From: an uncultured Pelagibacteraceae bacterium | GTDB lineage: Bacteria; Pseudomonadota; Alphaproteobacteria; Pelagibacterales; Pelagibacteraceae | Direction: 5' to 3' | DNA: 64,000 bases | Assembly (NCBI GenBank): GCA_902565385.1 | Contig: CACFEW010000001.1 | Coordinates: 64,361 to 128,360, forward strand | Shown here: piece by piece, positions 40,178 through 51,326 of the stretch | Numbering within the stretch: position 1 is the first letter of the stretch | Layout of the letters: each line of letters begins with the position of its first letter | The notes under the pieces: model-generated | Databases searched by the model: none | The model's input: the letters and a program-made list of their open reading frames with translations, nothing else | Told to the model about the DNA's origin: nothing | Program-made: the position numbers and the translations under genes

Positions 40178-41323
40178 TTAAGTTTTCGCTGGTAAATAAA
40201 TTTGAATTTCAGTTCCTTGGTTTTCCTCACTTAGAATCTCATAGTGTCCACGATGTTGAGTAACTATATGTTTAACAATAGCTAATCCTAAACCGGTTCC
40301 ACCAACCTTGTTACTTTGTTCAAGATCTACCCTAAAAAATCTTTCTGTAATTCTAGAAATATATCTTTGAGGAATGCCAACACCTTCGTCTTTAATACTG
40401 ATCATAAAATTTTTTTCTAACAATTTACCATCGCTAATTTTGCTTGATATAAAAATAGACTTATTTTCCTTTGAATACTTAATTGCATTATCTAAAAGAT
40501 TAGAAAAAACAGTTTGTAATTTTTTTTCATCTCCAATAACAACTGTTGGATTGGCGAGAGATAAATTAATATTTAATTTCTTTCTTTTTAAAACAATCTC
40601 AAAATTACTGATGATTGTTTTGAAAAGATCATTTATATCAACTAAAGAGTTTGGCCTTATGTGTTCTTCTAATTCAATTCTTGTGAGTATTAAAAGATCA
40701 TTAATTAAATTTTCCATTCTATTTGATTGATCAGTCATTATTTTCATAAATTTTTTTTTAGCCTTTTCATCATCAGACGCTGGGCCTTCAATAGTTTCTA
40801 ATGATCCTTTGATTGCCATTAAAGGTGTTCTTAATTCATGGCTTACATTTGCTACAAAATCAGTTTTAAATTTTTGTGCTTTTGTAATTTCAGTAAAATC
40901 TTTTAAAAATAACACAACAGAATCTGGTTCAGTAAATAAATGAGTTGGGCCAGGAATAATATAAATTTTATAGAATTGATATGATGGGAGGTCTATTTCA
41001 ACATCGATATTTTTTGTTTTATTTTCTACGATAGCTTTTTCAATATTTTCTATTAATTCTGGTTTTCGAATTACAGAGGATATGTTTTTATCAACTAAAT
41101 TACTTCCAAATCTTTTTAATGCACTTGGATTAGCATATTTAATTATGTTAAATTTATTTAATGCAAAAAACTGATCCTCAAGTTCATCAATAATTACTCT
41201 TTTGGTTTTTTCCTCTCTTTTATTAACTATTGTAGCAGTATTTATTGATTTATTTTTTTTTTGATTAAGTAAATAGAGGAGATAAATTATAACAACTATA
41301 AGTAGAATGACGAAATATTCCAT
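40178..41323 (-). CDS. phoR: phosphate regulon sensor histidine kinase
   Basis: One TM, PAS-like region, FVANVSHELRTPL, NLLDNAIKY, GGTGLGLAIVKH. Confidence 0.93.
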   Translation of the reverse strand: MEYFVILLIVVIIYLLYLLNQKKNKSINTATIVNKREEKTKRVIIDELEDQFFALNKFNIIKYANPSALKRFGSNLVDKNISSVIRKPELIENIEKAIVENKTKNIDVEIDLPSYQFYKIYIIPGPTHLFTEPDSVVLFLKDFTEITKAQKFKTDFVANVSHELRTPLMAIKGSLETIEGPASDDEKAKKKFMKIMTDQSNRMENLINDLLILTRIELEEHIRPNSLVDINDLFKTIISNFEIVLKRKKLNINLSLANPTVVIGDEKKLQTVFSNLLDNAIKYSKENKSIFISSKISDGKLLEKNFMISIKDEGVGIPQRYISRITERFFRVDLEQSNKVGGTGLGLAIVKHIVTQHRGHYEILSEENQGTEIQIYLPAKT

Positions 41324-41388
41324 AAATTTAGATGGCTTAATTTTGCATCATTACACTTTTTAATGCAAATAAATTAAGGAAAAATTAA

Positions 41389-42396
41389 CTAATGATTTGG
41401 TGAAATATTGTTAAAAAATATTTTTGCTGTTTCTTCCCAAGTGAATTTTTTTGCAAATTCAAGACAATCATTTCTGTCAACTTTTAAAGCTTTTTGGGCT
41501 GATACTTTAAGATCATCATCTAAACAATTTATTTTGGATCCTTCAAATATATCTTTAGGACCTGGAACAGGATACGCAGCAACAGGTGTTCCACAATTTA
41601 AAGCCTCTGTAACAACAATTCCAAATGTATCTGTTTTACTTGGAAATACAAAAACATCGGAAGATGCAAAATGTGATGCTAATTCACCATTTGTTTTTTC
41701 TCCTAAAAAAATATCTTTTGGAAATTCTTTTTTCAATTTTTTTAAATCAGGTCCTTTTCCTATAATTATTTTTGTACCTTCTAAATCACATTCTAAGAAA
41801 GCTCTTATGTTTTTTTCAACTGCAACTCTTCCAACATAAATCCAAATAGGTCTTTTATGAGGTAATTCAATTTTTTTAGGGTTCTTAAAAGCTCCATGAT
41901 TTCCTCCTCTAGTCCAAGTAATCATTTTATTGTCATCTATACCTATATCGATTAATTCTTTTCTCATAGATTCTGTGGTTACTAAAATTCTCTCTGCTTT
42001 ATTATGAAAATTTGCTAAGAATTTTTCAGCCCATTTTGCTGGTATAATAGGAAAGTAAAGTTTTAGATATTTATCAAATCTTGTATGGAAACTCGTAGTA
42101 AACTTTAGATTATTTTTTAAACAATATCTTCTTGCCATAGTGCCTATCGGGCCTTCGGTAGCGATATGAATTGCATCTGGATTGATTTTCTTTATTAAAT
42201 TACCAACTCTTGGCCATACATTTATAGACAACCTAATTTCATTATATTTCGGCATCGGAAAAGTAAAAAATAAGTCAGGTGTAATATATTCTATTCTATG
42301 ACCTTGTTCTTTTAATACATTGCCTGTTTCATGTAAGGTTCTTACGACACCATTTACTTGTGGAAAATATGCATCTGTAGCAATTAAAATTTTCAT
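41389..42396 (-). CDS. GT4 glycosyltransferase, Agt-like glycolipid synthase
   Basis: ATDAYFPQVNGVVRTL, HIATEGP, VFPSKTDTFG; co-transcribed with plcP. Confidence 0.85.
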   Translation of the reverse strand: MKILIATDAYFPQVNGVVRTLHETGNVLKEQGHRIEYITPDLFFTFPMPKYNEIRLSINVWPRVGNLIKKINPDAIHIATEGPIGTMARRYCLKNNLKFTTSFHTRFDKYLKLYFPIIPAKWAEKFLANFHNKAERILVTTESMRKELIDIGIDDNKMITWTRGGNHGAFKNPKKIELPHKRPIWIYVGRVAVEKNIRAFLECDLEGTKIIIGKGPDLKKLKKEFPKDIFLGEKTNGELASHFASSDVFVFPSKTDTFGIVVTEALNCGTPVAAYPVPGPKDIFEGSKINCLDDDLKVSAQKALKVDRNDCLEFAKKFTWEETAKIFFNNISPNH

Positions 42397-42399
42397 TAA

Positions 42400-43212
42400 T
42401 TATGAAGCTTTTTTTAATTCTTCAGTTTTAATTGGTTCAATTATTTCTTTATCGTCTAAATATTGTTCTCTTATTTTATCCCAATATAATATTTCAAAAC
42501 TACCATCATAATTTTCGGCTAATGCGGTACAAGATTCTACCCAGTCTCCACAATTCAAATAATTGACCCCATTAAAATCTCTATCCTCGGCATGGTGGAT
42601 GTGGCCACAAATAATTCCATCAAATTTTTTTCTTTTTGCATAATCTGAAAGTGTTTTTTCATATTCACCAATATATTTAACTGCATTTTTGACTTTATAC
42701 TTTAAAAATTTCGCAAGAGACCAATATTCTTTTCCTCTCAATCTTCTAAAAAAATTAATTATTACATTTAATTTTAATAGTAAATTATAGGCTATTGATC
42801 CAAGTTTAGATAACCATTTAGCATGTTTCATAACACCATCCCAAGCATCACCATGAACAACAACATATTTTTTTCCTGCATTTGTTTCATGAATAACTCT
42901 ATTAACCATATGGATGTCACCAAAATGCATTGGAATAAATTTTCTTAACATTTCGTCATGATTACCCATTATGTAGAAAACTTTGGTACCATGTCTAGCT
43001 TTTCTTAAAATTTTTTGGATTACATCATTATGTTCTTGAGGCCAAAAAAAACTTTTTTGCATTTCCCAGATATCTATAATGTCCCCTACAAGATAAAGAT
43101 TTTCGGATCTTGAATTTTTAAAAAACTCTAAAAGTTTTTTCGCCTGACAACCTTTGGTACCTAAATGCACATCAGAAATAAAAATACTTTTGTATTTAAG
43201 TATGTTAGGCAT
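42400..43212 (-). CDS. plcP: PlcP-type metallophosphoesterase (phospholipase C; LpxH-like family)
   Basis: SDVHLG, GDIID, GNHD, HGD, GHIH, NCGDWVES; context with GT4 and dagK. Confidence 0.85.
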   Translation of the reverse strand: MPNILKYKSIFISDVHLGTKGCQAKKLLEFFKNSRSENLYLVGDIIDIWEMQKSFFWPQEHNDVIQKILRKARHGTKVFYIMGNHDEMLRKFIPMHFGDIHMVNRVIHETNAGKKYVVVHGDAWDGVMKHAKWLSKLGSIAYNLLLKLNVIINFFRRLRGKEYWSLAKFLKYKVKNAVKYIGEYEKTLSDYAKRKKFDGIICGHIHHAEDRDFNGVNYLNCGDWVESCTALAENYDGSFEILYWDKIREQYLDDKEIIEPIKTEELKKAS

Positions 43213-43225
43213 TTAAAGACCTATA

Positions 43226-43292
43226 ATTTAACACAACTGTAACACGAATCATGTAATTCTTATCTCATTTGAATGTTAAAGATTTGTTAAAA
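43226..43292. promoter_or_regulatory. opposed Pho-box-like repeats in the plcP/dagK divergent promoter
   Basis: Plus: ATTTAAC-ACAA-CTGTAAC (43226-43243); minus: TTTTAAC-AAAT-CTTTAAC (43292-43275). Confidence 0.55.
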
Positions 43293-43310
43293 ATTTTTTA
43301 AGGATTAATT

Positions 43311-44195
43311 ATGTTATGCTGTTTGATTTATAATCTTAATTCTTCCTCTGGAAGAAAATCTAAATTCATAAATAGGATTTTATCTAAATTAAAAGAGAAT
43401 ATTTCTGTAGACTACTTTGAAACAAAAACTATAAATCAAGCTAAGAAAATTTTCAAAAATTTTAATCAAAAAAATTATGATCGACTAATAGTCGCTGGTG
43501 GAGATGGATCAGTATCTTTTGCAATTAATGAATTAATTAAAAATAATTTTGATTTTAAAGACGATTTTGCTATAGGCTATATACCTGCTGGGACTGCAAA
43601 TTTATTGCAAGCTGAATTATCAATGAATAAAAAAGTTGATGATATAGTAAATGTGTTGGTTTCTGATAATTATAAATCCTCTAATCTTGTAAAAATTAAC
43701 GATAATTATTTCTTTTTAATGGCTGGTATAGGATGGGATGCAAAAATTGTTCATTCAATTAATTCAAAAATTAAAAAGATTCTAGGTAAAATTATATTTG
43801 GTATCAAAGGTTTTCAATATTTCTTATTTATGAATAATAAAAAATTAAATGTAACTTTTGATGGGCAATTTTATCAAGCAGACTGGATATTATCCTCAAA
43901 TACCAAATATTATGCTGGACATCATAAAATAAATAAAACAAATATTTTTGAAGATAAATTAGTCACCTATATTTTTAAGGATTTGACTAGGATCAGTTTA
44001 TTATATTCTATATTCTTAATAATTCTTAATGGTGATTTAAGTAAAAACAAAAATGTTATTACTACTTATTCACAAAACATTACTATTGATGGAAATGATT
44101 TGATACCAGTTCAAATTGATGGAGATAATTTTGGCTCATATAAAAAAATTCATTTAAATCTATCAAATAAAAAGGTGAATTTTCTTGTAAAATAA
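43311..44195 (+). CDS. diacylglycerol kinase family lipid kinase (DagK/YegS-like)
   Basis: YNLNSSSG, AGGDGS, IPAGTAN, GIGWDA, QIDGD. Confidence 0.9.
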   Translation: MLCCLIYNLNSSSGRKSKFINRILSKLKENISVDYFETKTINQAKKIFKNFNQKNYDRLIVAGGDGSVSFAINELIKNNFDFKDDFAIGYIPAGTANLLQAELSMNKKVDDIVNVLVSDNYKSSNLVKINDNYFFLMAGIGWDAKIVHSINSKIKKILGKIIFGIKGFQYFLFMNNKKLNVTFDGQFYQADWILSSNTKYYAGHHKINKTNIFEDKLVTYIFKDLTRISLLYSIFLIILNGDLSKNKNVITTYSQNITIDGNDLIPVQIDGDNFGSYKKIHLNLSNKKVNFLVK

Positions 44196-45389
44196 TTATT
44201 TTACTCTTCCATAAACATCTTGGTATCTAACTATATCAGTTTCTTTTAAAATTGAGCCTACTTGTGCTTCAATTATTTTTACTGGTTTTTTATATGGGTT
44301 TTCTATTCTATGGATTGCACCTAATGGTATAAAAATAGTTTCATCAGGTTTCATGGTAAAATATTTTTTATCTAACGTAATTTTAGGTTTACCTTGGGTT
44401 ACTACCCAGTGTTCAGCTCTATGATGATGTTTCTGAAGACTTAATATACCTTTAGGTTTTACATATAGTTCTTTTATCAAGAATTCTTTACCATTAAATA
44501 AATTAACATAACTACCCCATGGTTTATGGAATACATTTTTCTTTTTATAATAATGTTTCTTATTTCTTCCGTACATTTTACAGATTTCTTTCCAAGATCC
44601 TAAATCAGACCAAGGAATATCCAACTTGATAGCATTTATATCTTTAGTTTTTTCTAATATTGCATAGTCAAAAGACTTAGCTGTTGCTTGGGTGAATGCT
44701 TGTTTGTTTAAATAATACACGTTACTTTTATATTTTGCTTTTATTAAAGCTTTGTTACAATTTCGGTAAATATTTGGTTGGTATTTCTTGAAATTATTAA
44801 TTATTGAATCTTTTCTTAAATAAAACATTCCAGAATTCCAATAACCTTTTTTACTAATTATTTGTTTAGCTTTAGCTTCTTTGGGTTTTTCTATAAATCT
44901 AGTTACTTTAGTATTTTTTGTTAAAAAATAGCCAAACTCACTTGAAGGCATTGTGGGCTTAATTCCAAAGATAAAAATATTATTTTGAGTAAGTTTCTTT
45001 TGGTTTTTTTTGATAGCTTTATTAAATAATGCAACCTTCTCTATCAAATGATCAGCAGCTAAGAACATTAAAGGTTGTTCTTTAGGTATATCTTTTATTA
45101 ATGCCGTGCTTAAAATAGCTGGTGCTGTGTTTCTTTTAGCAGGTTCTAAAACTATTTTAAATTTTCTTATTTTGTGTTTCTTTAAATGTTGTTTTACTTG
45201 TTTTAAATATTTTGCATTAGTACTAATAATTGGAGCATCATATATTGATGCTTTAACTCTCTCTAATGTTTTACCTAATAAAGTCCAATTACCAAAATCT
45301 ATAAATTGTTTAGCTTGATGTTTTTTAGCTTTTGGCCAAAGTCTTGTTCCAGCGCCACCACATAAAATAACCGGGCGAATTTTCATCAA
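44196..45389 (-). CDS. manC: mannose-1-phosphate guanylyltransferase/mannose-6-phosphate isomerase
   Basis: [27 protein letters not shown], cupin KPWG...[12 protein letters not shown]. Confidence 0.92.
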   Translation of the reverse strand: MMKIRPVILCGGAGTRLWPKAKKHQAKQFIDFGNWTLLGKTLERVKASIYDAPIISTNAKYLKQVKQHLKKHKIRKFKIVLEPAKRNTAPAILSTALIKDIPKEQPLMFLAADHLIEKVALFNKAIKKNQKKLTQNNIFIFGIKPTMPSSEFGYFLTKNTKVTRFIEKPKEAKAKQIISKKGYWNSGMFYLRKDSIINNFKKYQPNIYRNCNKALIKAKYKSNVYYLNKQAFTQATAKSFDYAILEKTKDINAIKLDIPWSDLGSWKEICKMYGRNKKHYYKKKNVFHKPWGSYVNLFNGKEFLIKELYVKPKGILSLQKHHHRAEHWVVTQGKPKITLDKKYFTMKPDETIFIPLGAIHRIENPYKKPVKIIEAQVGSILKETDIVRYQDVYGRVK

Positions 45390-47104
45390 ATTTTTGAATA
45401 ATCCTTAACTTCGTTTTTCTTACCTGGATGTGTTGGTGCTCCTAAATACGCAGGTCCTACAGTTTGTGCATATTTCCAAAGAGTTCCTGATCCAAAATCA
45501 GATTTTCTAGCTTTCCATTTTCGTCTTCTTGAAGCTAATTGTGCTCTAGTTAATCGAACATTAATTGTTCCCTTCTTAGCATCAATATCAATAATATCTC
45601 CATTCCTTAATAGAGCGATAGGTCCACCTAATGCAGCCTCAGGTCCTACATGGCCTACACAAAATCCCCGAGTTGCTCCAGAGAATCTTCCATCAGTTAT
45701 TAAAGCAACTTTTTCTCCTTTACCCTGACCATAAATTGCACCTGTTGTTGAAAGCATTTCTCTCATACCTGGTCCACCAACTGGTCCTTCATATCTAATA
45801 ATAATTACATCACCATCTTTATATTTTCTACTTTGTACTGCTTTCATTGCACTTTCTTCATTATCAAAACATCTTGCTCTTCCAGTAAATTGTAATTTTT
45901 TAAGTCCAGCAATTTTCACAATTCCTCCTTCAGGAGCTAAGTTACCCTTTAAACCAACTACACCACCCGTTGGTGATAAAGGATTTTTAAATGATCTCAT
46001 TACTTTTTGTTTTGGATTAAATTTAATTCCCTTTAAATTTTCTTTCATTGTTTTACCTGTGACAGTCATACAATCTCCATGAATATAACCACCTTCATAA
46101 AGAGTTTTTAAAAGCATTGGCACTCCACCTGCTAACCACATATCTTTAGCAACATATTTTCCACCTGGTTTTAAGTCAGCAAGATAAGGAGTTCTTTTAA
46201 ATATCTTTGCAACATCCATTAAATCAAATTTAATACCAGCTTCATTTGCTATTGCTGGTAGATGTAAACCTGCATTAGTTGATCCACCTGTTGCAGCAAC
46301 AATTGTTGCAGCATTTTCCAAAGCTTTTCTTGTAACTATATCTCTTGGTTTAATTTTTTTAGCTAACAATTCCATAACCATTCGCCCACTTGCTTTTGCA
46401 TATTTATCTCTTTCTTCGTATGGCGCTGGTGTTCCAGCAGAGTAAGGTAATGCTAAACCTATTGCTTCAGATACGCAGGCCATAGTATTTGCAGTAAATT
46501 GACCACCACAAGCTCCTGCTGTTGGACATGCAACTAATTCTAATTTTCTTAATTCTTTTGCAGACATTTGTCCTGATGAATGTTTTCCAACCGCTTCAAA
46601 AACATCTACAACAGTCACGTCTTTCCCTTTGTATTTACCTGGTAGTATTGAACCACCATATATAAATACACTTGGAACATTTAATCTTACCATCGACATC
46701 ATCAAACCAGGTAAAGACTTATCACAACCTGCAATACCTACTAAAGCATCATAACAGTGTCCTCTAACAGTTAATTCAGCACTATCAGCAATAACTTCTC
46801 TTGATATTAATGAGGATTTCATTCCCTGATGACCCATAGCAATACCGTCTGTTACGGTTATTGTACAAAACTCTCGTGGTGTTCCACCTGATGCTCTTAC
46901 ACCCTTTTTAACAGACTGGGCTTGTCTCATTAAGGCTATATTACAAGGTGCTGCCTCGTTCCATGTTGATACAACCCCAACAAAAGGCTTAGCAACATCC
47001 TTTTCTGTTTCACCCATTGCATAATAAAAAGATCTATGAGGAGCTCTATCAGGTCCTAAAGAAGTATGTCGACTTGGTAATTTTTTCTTATTAAATTTCC
47101 GCAT
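45386..47104 (-). CDS. ilvD: dihydroxy-acid dehydratase
   Basis: [39 protein letters not shown]. Confidence 0.97.
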   Translation of the reverse strand: MRKFNKKKLPSRHTSLGPDRAPHRSFYYAMGETEKDVAKPFVGVVSTWNEAAPCNIALMRQAQSVKKGVRASGGTPREFCTITVTDGIAMGHQGMKSSLISREVIADSAELTVRGHCYDALVGIAGCDKSLPGLMMSMVRLNVPSVFIYGGSILPGKYKGKDVTVVDVFEAVGKHSSGQMSAKELRKLELVACPTAGACGGQFTANTMACVSEAIGLALPYSAGTPAPYEERDKYAKASGRMVMELLAKKIKPRDIVTRKALENAATIVAATGGSTNAGLHLPAIANEAGIKFDLMDVAKIFKRTPYLADLKPGGKYVAKDMWLAGGVPMLLKTLYEGGYIHGDCMTVTGKTMKENLKGIKFNPKQKVMRSFKNPLSPTGGVVGLKGNLAPEGGIVKIAGLKKLQFTGRARCFDNEESAMKAVQSRKYKDGDVIIIRYEGPVGGPGMREMLSTTGAIYGQGKGEKVALITDGRFSGATRGFCVGHVGPEAALGGPIALLRNGDIIDIDAKKGTINVRLTRAQLASRRRKWKARKSDFGSGTLWKYAQTVGPAYLGAPTHPGKKNEVKDYSKI

Positions 47105-49728
47105 TATAAACTTTCAATTGTTAAAGATATTTTTTTGATATCATTTTTTAAGTTACTATAGTTAGTTTTTTCTTGTTCAACAATATTTTTTGGTGCCCTA
47201 TCGACAAATCCTTTGTTTGATAATCGTTGTGAAATCTTATCTAATTCTTCTTGGTATTTTGTTTGTCTTTTTAGTAAATTTTCTTTGATTAAACTTAAAT
47301 CAACATTTTCATCAAAATAAATCTTAAAAATATCACCTGAAATTACGAGAGTTGCAGAGGGTCGATCTTGATCCTTTTCAAAAAAATTATTGATACGACC
47401 AAGTTTTTTCAAGATTATTTCATTATTATCCATCAAAGATCGATTTTTTTTAGCTATCTTATTCATAGAAAGATCTACAAATGAACCTGGGCTGACATTT
47501 AGCTCATTTTTAAACGATCTAAGTTCTGAGATAATATTGATGATTTTCTCTACATCCTTTTGGGATTTGTCTTTTTTGACTTTTCCTGATGGCCAGTTTT
47601 TGTACATTAGGAAATTCTTATTTGATTTATCAAACTTATTTTTTAACCATATTTTCTCAGTAACAAACGGGATAAATGGATGAAGCATAATAAGTATTTG
47701 TTTAAAAACATAAGCTGATACTTCTTTTACCTCTTTTTTTGACTTCTCGTCTTCTGAATAAAGGATTGTTTTAGATAGTTCGATATACCAATCACAATAT
47801 GAATGCCAAGCAAATTGATAAGCGTTTTTGGCTGCCTCATCAAATCGATAATCTTTAATATTCTTTTGAATTTTATCTTTTATTTCTATCAATTCAGAGT
47901 AAATCCATTTATTAATATTTAAAGTAGTTTTGGGAACTTTATCAGTCTTGTTAAAATCACAATTATTTGTGATTAAAAAATTGTTTGCATTCCACAATTT
48001 ATTTAAAAAGTTCCTATACCCTTTAACTCTATCTTCAGAAAGTTTTACATCGGTTCCAGGTGAAGCCATTGAAAGTAAAGTAAATCTTAGAGCATCTGCA
48101 CTATATTTTTCAATTAAGTCTAATGGATCAATTACATTACCTTTTGATTTAGACATTTTTTGTCCTTTTTCATCTCTTACTAAAGCATGAACATAAATAT
48201 CTTTAAAAGGTTCTTTGTTAAGAAATTCCATTCCAAACATAATCATTCTTGCAACCCAGAAAAAAATTATATCAAAGCCAGTTACTAAAACTGTTGTTGG
48301 ATAAAACTTTTTTACGAAATCCTTTTTATCTGGCCATCCTAAAGTTGCAAACGGCCATAAACCAGAAGAAAACCAAGTATCTAATACGTCAGGATCCCTA
48401 ACTAATTTTACATCTTTTTTGTAATGTTTCTTAGCTTGCTTACTTGCTTCTTTTTCATTTAAAGCAACAAATATTTTATTGTCAGGTCCATACCATGCTG
48501 GGATTTGATGACCCCACCACAACTGTCTAGAAACACACCAAGGCTCAATATTATTCATCCATTGAAAATAAGTTTTAGACCAATTATTTGGAAAAAAATT
48601 TGTTTTTTTTGTTTTAACAATTTTTTTTGCTTTGACTGCTAATTTTTTTGCATCAACAAACCATTGTTCAGTTAGAAAAGGTTCAATAACAGAATTAGAT
48701 CTATCTCCATAAGGAACCTTATTTTTTATATTTTCCTCTTTAACAAAAAAATCTTTTTCTTTAAGTTCATTTAATATTTTTTTTCGGGCATCAAATCTAT
48801 CCAATCCTACATAATCTTTAGGTGCATTTTCATTAATTTTACCCTCTTCAGTAAAAACATTTATTATTTCGAGTTTATTTCTCTGTCCTACATCATAATC
48901 GTTAAAATCATGTGCTGGGGTAATCTTTAATGCTCCTGTTCCCTGTTCTGGATCTGCATAATTGTCTTTTATTATTTTAATTTTTCTACCAACAATAGGT
49001 ATAGTGACTGTTTTACCGACAAAACTTTTATATCTTTTATCTTTTGGATTGACTGCAATCGCTGTATCCCCAAGCATAGTTTCGGGCCTCGTTGTGGCTA
49101 TAGTGATAAATTCAGATGATTTATCTATTGGGTACCTAATATAGTAAATCTTAGAATTCATCTCTCTTTGATCTACTTCTAAATCTGAAATTGCAGTTTT
49201 TAATACTGTGTCCCAATTGACTAATTTTTCTGCTTTGTAGATCAATTTCTTTTTATGTAACTCGACAAAAACTTTAATCACAGATTTTGATAGATTTTTA
49301 TCCATGGTGAATGCATTTCTGGACCAATCACATGAACAGCCAAGTTTTTTTAATTGATTAATAATTATATCACCGTATTGATTTTTCCAATCCCAAACCT
49401 TTTCGATAAACTTTTCTCTTCCAAGAGTATTCTTATCTAGATTTTCGTTTTCAAGTTTTCTCTCAACAAGTGCCTGGGTAGCTATACCAGCATGATCTGT
49501 TCCTGGTTGCCATAAGGTTTCATAATTATTCATTCGATAATATCGAACCAGCATATCTTGAATTGAATTATTTAAAGCATGCCCCATATGTAAACTTCCA
49601 GTTACATTTGGTGGCGGAATTACAACTGAAAATTTTTTTGAGTTTTTTTGAGGTTTAAATAGTTTATTTTTTTCCCAATACGAATAGATCTTATTTTCTA
49701 CATTGGAATGTATATATTTATCACTCAT
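47104..49728 (-). CDS. valS: valyl-tRNA synthetase
   Basis: [29 protein letters not shown]. Confidence 0.98.
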   Translation of the reverse strand: MSDKYIHSNVENKIYSYWEKNKLFKPQKNSKKFSVVIPPPNVTGSLHMGHALNNSIQDMLVRYYRMNNYETLWQPGTDHAGIATQALVERKLENENLDKNTLGREKFIEKVWDWKNQYGDIIINQLKKLGCSCDWSRNAFTMDKNLSKSVIKVFVELHKKKLIYKAEKLVNWDTVLKTAISDLEVDQREMNSKIYYIRYPIDKSSEFITIATTRPETMLGDTAIAVNPKDKRYKSFVGKTVTIPIVGRKIKIIKDNYADPEQGTGALKITPAHDFNDYDVGQRNKLEIINVFTEEGKINENAPKDYVGLDRFDARKKILNELKEKDFFVKEENIKNKVPYGDRSNSVIEPFLTEQWFVDAKKLAVKAKKIVKTKKTNFFPNNWSKTYFQWMNNIEPWCVSRQLWWGHQIPAWYGPDNKIFVALNEKEASKQAKKHYKKDVKLVRDPDVLDTWFSSGLWPFATLGWPDKKDFVKKFYPTTVLVTGFDIIFFWVARMIMFGMEFLNKEPFKDIYVHALVRDEKGQKMSKSKGNVIDPLDLIEKYSADALRFTLLSMASPGTDVKLSEDRVKGYRNFLNKLWNANNFLITNNCDFNKTDKVPKTTLNINKWIYSELIEIKDKIQKNIKDYRFDEAAKNAYQFAWHSYCDWYIELSKTILYSEDEKSKKEVKEVSAYVFKQILIMLHPFIPFVTEKIWLKNKFDKSNKNFLMYKNWPSGKVKKDKSQKDVEKIINIISELRSFKNELNVSPGSFVDLSMNKIAKKNRSLMDNNEIILKKLGRINNFFEKDQDRPSATLVISGDIFKIYFDENVDLSLIKENLLKRQTKYQEELDKISQRLSNKGFVDRAPKNIVEQEKTNYSNLKNDIKKISLTIESL

Positions 49729-49851
49729 CTTGGATATAGTTAGTTTATAATTTATTAATCTAAATTAACAATAATCAAATTAAAACGTTATTTGATAGAC
49801 TAATCTTAAAAATTTTATATAAAACTGATGTAGCTATCATCTAAAACATAA

Positions 49852-49925
49852 GGCAACGTGGCGGAATGGTTACGCAGAGGATTGCAAATCCTTGTATCCC
49901 GGTTCGATTCCGGGCGTTGCCTCCA
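49852..49925 (+). tRNA. tRNA-Cys(GCA)
   Basis: GGCAACGTGGCGGAATGG...GATTGCAAATC...GGTTCGATTCC...GTTGCCTCCA, 74 nt. Confidence 0.96.
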
Positions 49926-49974
49926 AAAAAAATCTTGTTTTAGTTAAAAAAAAAAGTAAGTTTGCTTTTTACAT

Positions 49975-50050
49975 TCCTCGGTAGCTCAGTTGGTAGAGCA
50001 GTTGACTGTTAATCAATTGGTCGCAGGTTCGAGTCCTGCCCGAGGAGCCA
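49975..50050 (+). tRNA. tRNA-Asn(GTT)
   Basis: TCCTCGGTAGCTCAG...GACTGTTAATC...GGTTCGAGTCC...CGAGGAGCCA, 76 nt. Confidence 0.97.
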
Positions 50051-50054
50051 AATT

Positions 50055-50423
50055 TTACCCAACTTTTGAAATATTATTTGAAACTTGTAATGATTTGTTA
50101 AATTTCAATTTTTGATCAGCATTAAGTTCAGAATATAATTTAACTAAGAAATTATAGTTCACATTCATATGACCCTCTTGAGATTTTTCTAAATTAATCA
50201 AATATTCTGAAAAATCTTCAAAGAAATAATTTATTGGAACTTTAAGATAATTTGATAACTGTAATAATCTTATCGAACTAACTCCGTTAGTACCTTTTTC
50301 ATATTTTTGTATTTGTTGAAATGTGACGTTTATAGCTTTTGCTACTTTTGTTTGCGTTAAACCTAATGCTAGTCGTCTAAGCTTAAGCTTATTGCCTAAA
50401 TGCTTATTAAAATTATCTTCCAT
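50055..50423 (-). CDS. XRE-family HTH transcriptional regulator
   Basis: LTQTKVAKAINVTFQQIQKYEKGTN. Confidence 0.92.
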   Translation of the reverse strand: MEDNFNKHLGNKLKLRRLALGLTQTKVAKAINVTFQQIQKYEKGTNGVSSIRLLQLSNYLKVPINYFFEDFSEYLINLEKSQEGHMNVNYNFLVKLYSELNADQKLKFNKSLQVSNNISKVG

Positions 50424-50586
50424 TAAGACCCCTCTTAATTTTTATTAAAAACAGATTGAACAAGTTTTTAATCTTTACTGCAACAATATTATTTTTTAAT
50501 TTCCTCGGAAAAAACCTAAATGCCCAAAATATGTCAAGCAATACTTATGATAAAATTTAAGAAAAATTCCTTGAAATTACTGGTAT

Positions 50587-51321
50587 CTATAGTATCTGGC
50601 TTAGGAAAAGTTTGGTCCTATCGCTCTTAGGATTAGCAAAGAATTCCTTGGTATCCGCTTTTTCTACTATCATTCCCTCATCCATGAATATCATTTGATC
50701 AGCAACTTCTTTAGCAAAACCCATTTCGTGAGTTACAACAATCATAGTCATACCTTGTTTTGCGAGATTTACCATTACATCAAGCACTTCTTTAATCATT
50801 TCAGGGTCTAAAGCTGAGGTAGGTTCATCAAAAAGCATTATTTTTGGTTCCATACATAGAGCTCTTGCTATTGCAGCTCTTTGTTGTTGTCCTCCAGATA
50901 ATTGGCCTGGATATTTTTGTGCTTGATCAAGAATTTGTACTCTTTCTAAATGTTTTAATGCTAATTCTTCCGCTTCTTTCTTTGGCATTTTTTTTACCCA
51001 AATAGGAGCTAATGTACAGTTATCTAAAATTGATAAATGAGGAAATAAATTAAATTGTTGGAATACCATACCAACTTCAGCTCTTATTTGCTCAATATTT
51101 TTTGTATCTTCTGTTAATTCCGTTCCATCAACAATAATATTTCCCTCTTGATGTTCCTCTAATCTATTGATGCATCTAATCAAAGTTGATTTTCCAGATC
51201 CTGATGGACCACAAACTACAATTTTTTCTTTTGGTTTAACTTCTAAATTAATTTTTTTTAAAACTTGAAAGTCACCAAACCATTTGTTCATATTATTAAT
51301 TTGGATGATGCTGTCTGACAT
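50587..51321 (-). CDS. aapP: general L-amino acid ABC transporter ATPase (AapP/BztD/YhdZ)
   Basis: [28 protein letters not shown]. Confidence 0.9.
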   Translation of the reverse strand: MSDSIIQINNMNKWFGDFQVLKKINLEVKPKEKIVVCGPSGSGKSTLIRCINRLEEHQEGNIIVDGTELTEDTKNIEQIRAEVGMVFQQFNLFPHLSILDNCTLAPIWVKKMPKKEAEELALKHLERVQILDQAQKYPGQLSGGQQQRAAIARALCMEPKIMLFDEPTSALDPEMIKEVLDVMVNLAKQGMTMIVVTHEMGFAKEVADQMIFMDEGMIVEKADTKEFFANPKSDRTKLFLSQIL

Positions 51322-51326
51322 AATTT

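Noticed and set aside
41342-41369. TTTGCAT-N14-ATGCAAA inverted repeat upstream of phoR
   Set aside because: Short and AT-rich; cannot be told from chance, and it contains only one convincing Pho half-site.
49852-50423. tRNA pair plus XRE regulator as a prophage/integration site
   Set aside because: No integrase, no duplicated tRNA 3' end and no phage genes; this XRE type is a common alphaproteobacterial chromosomal gene.
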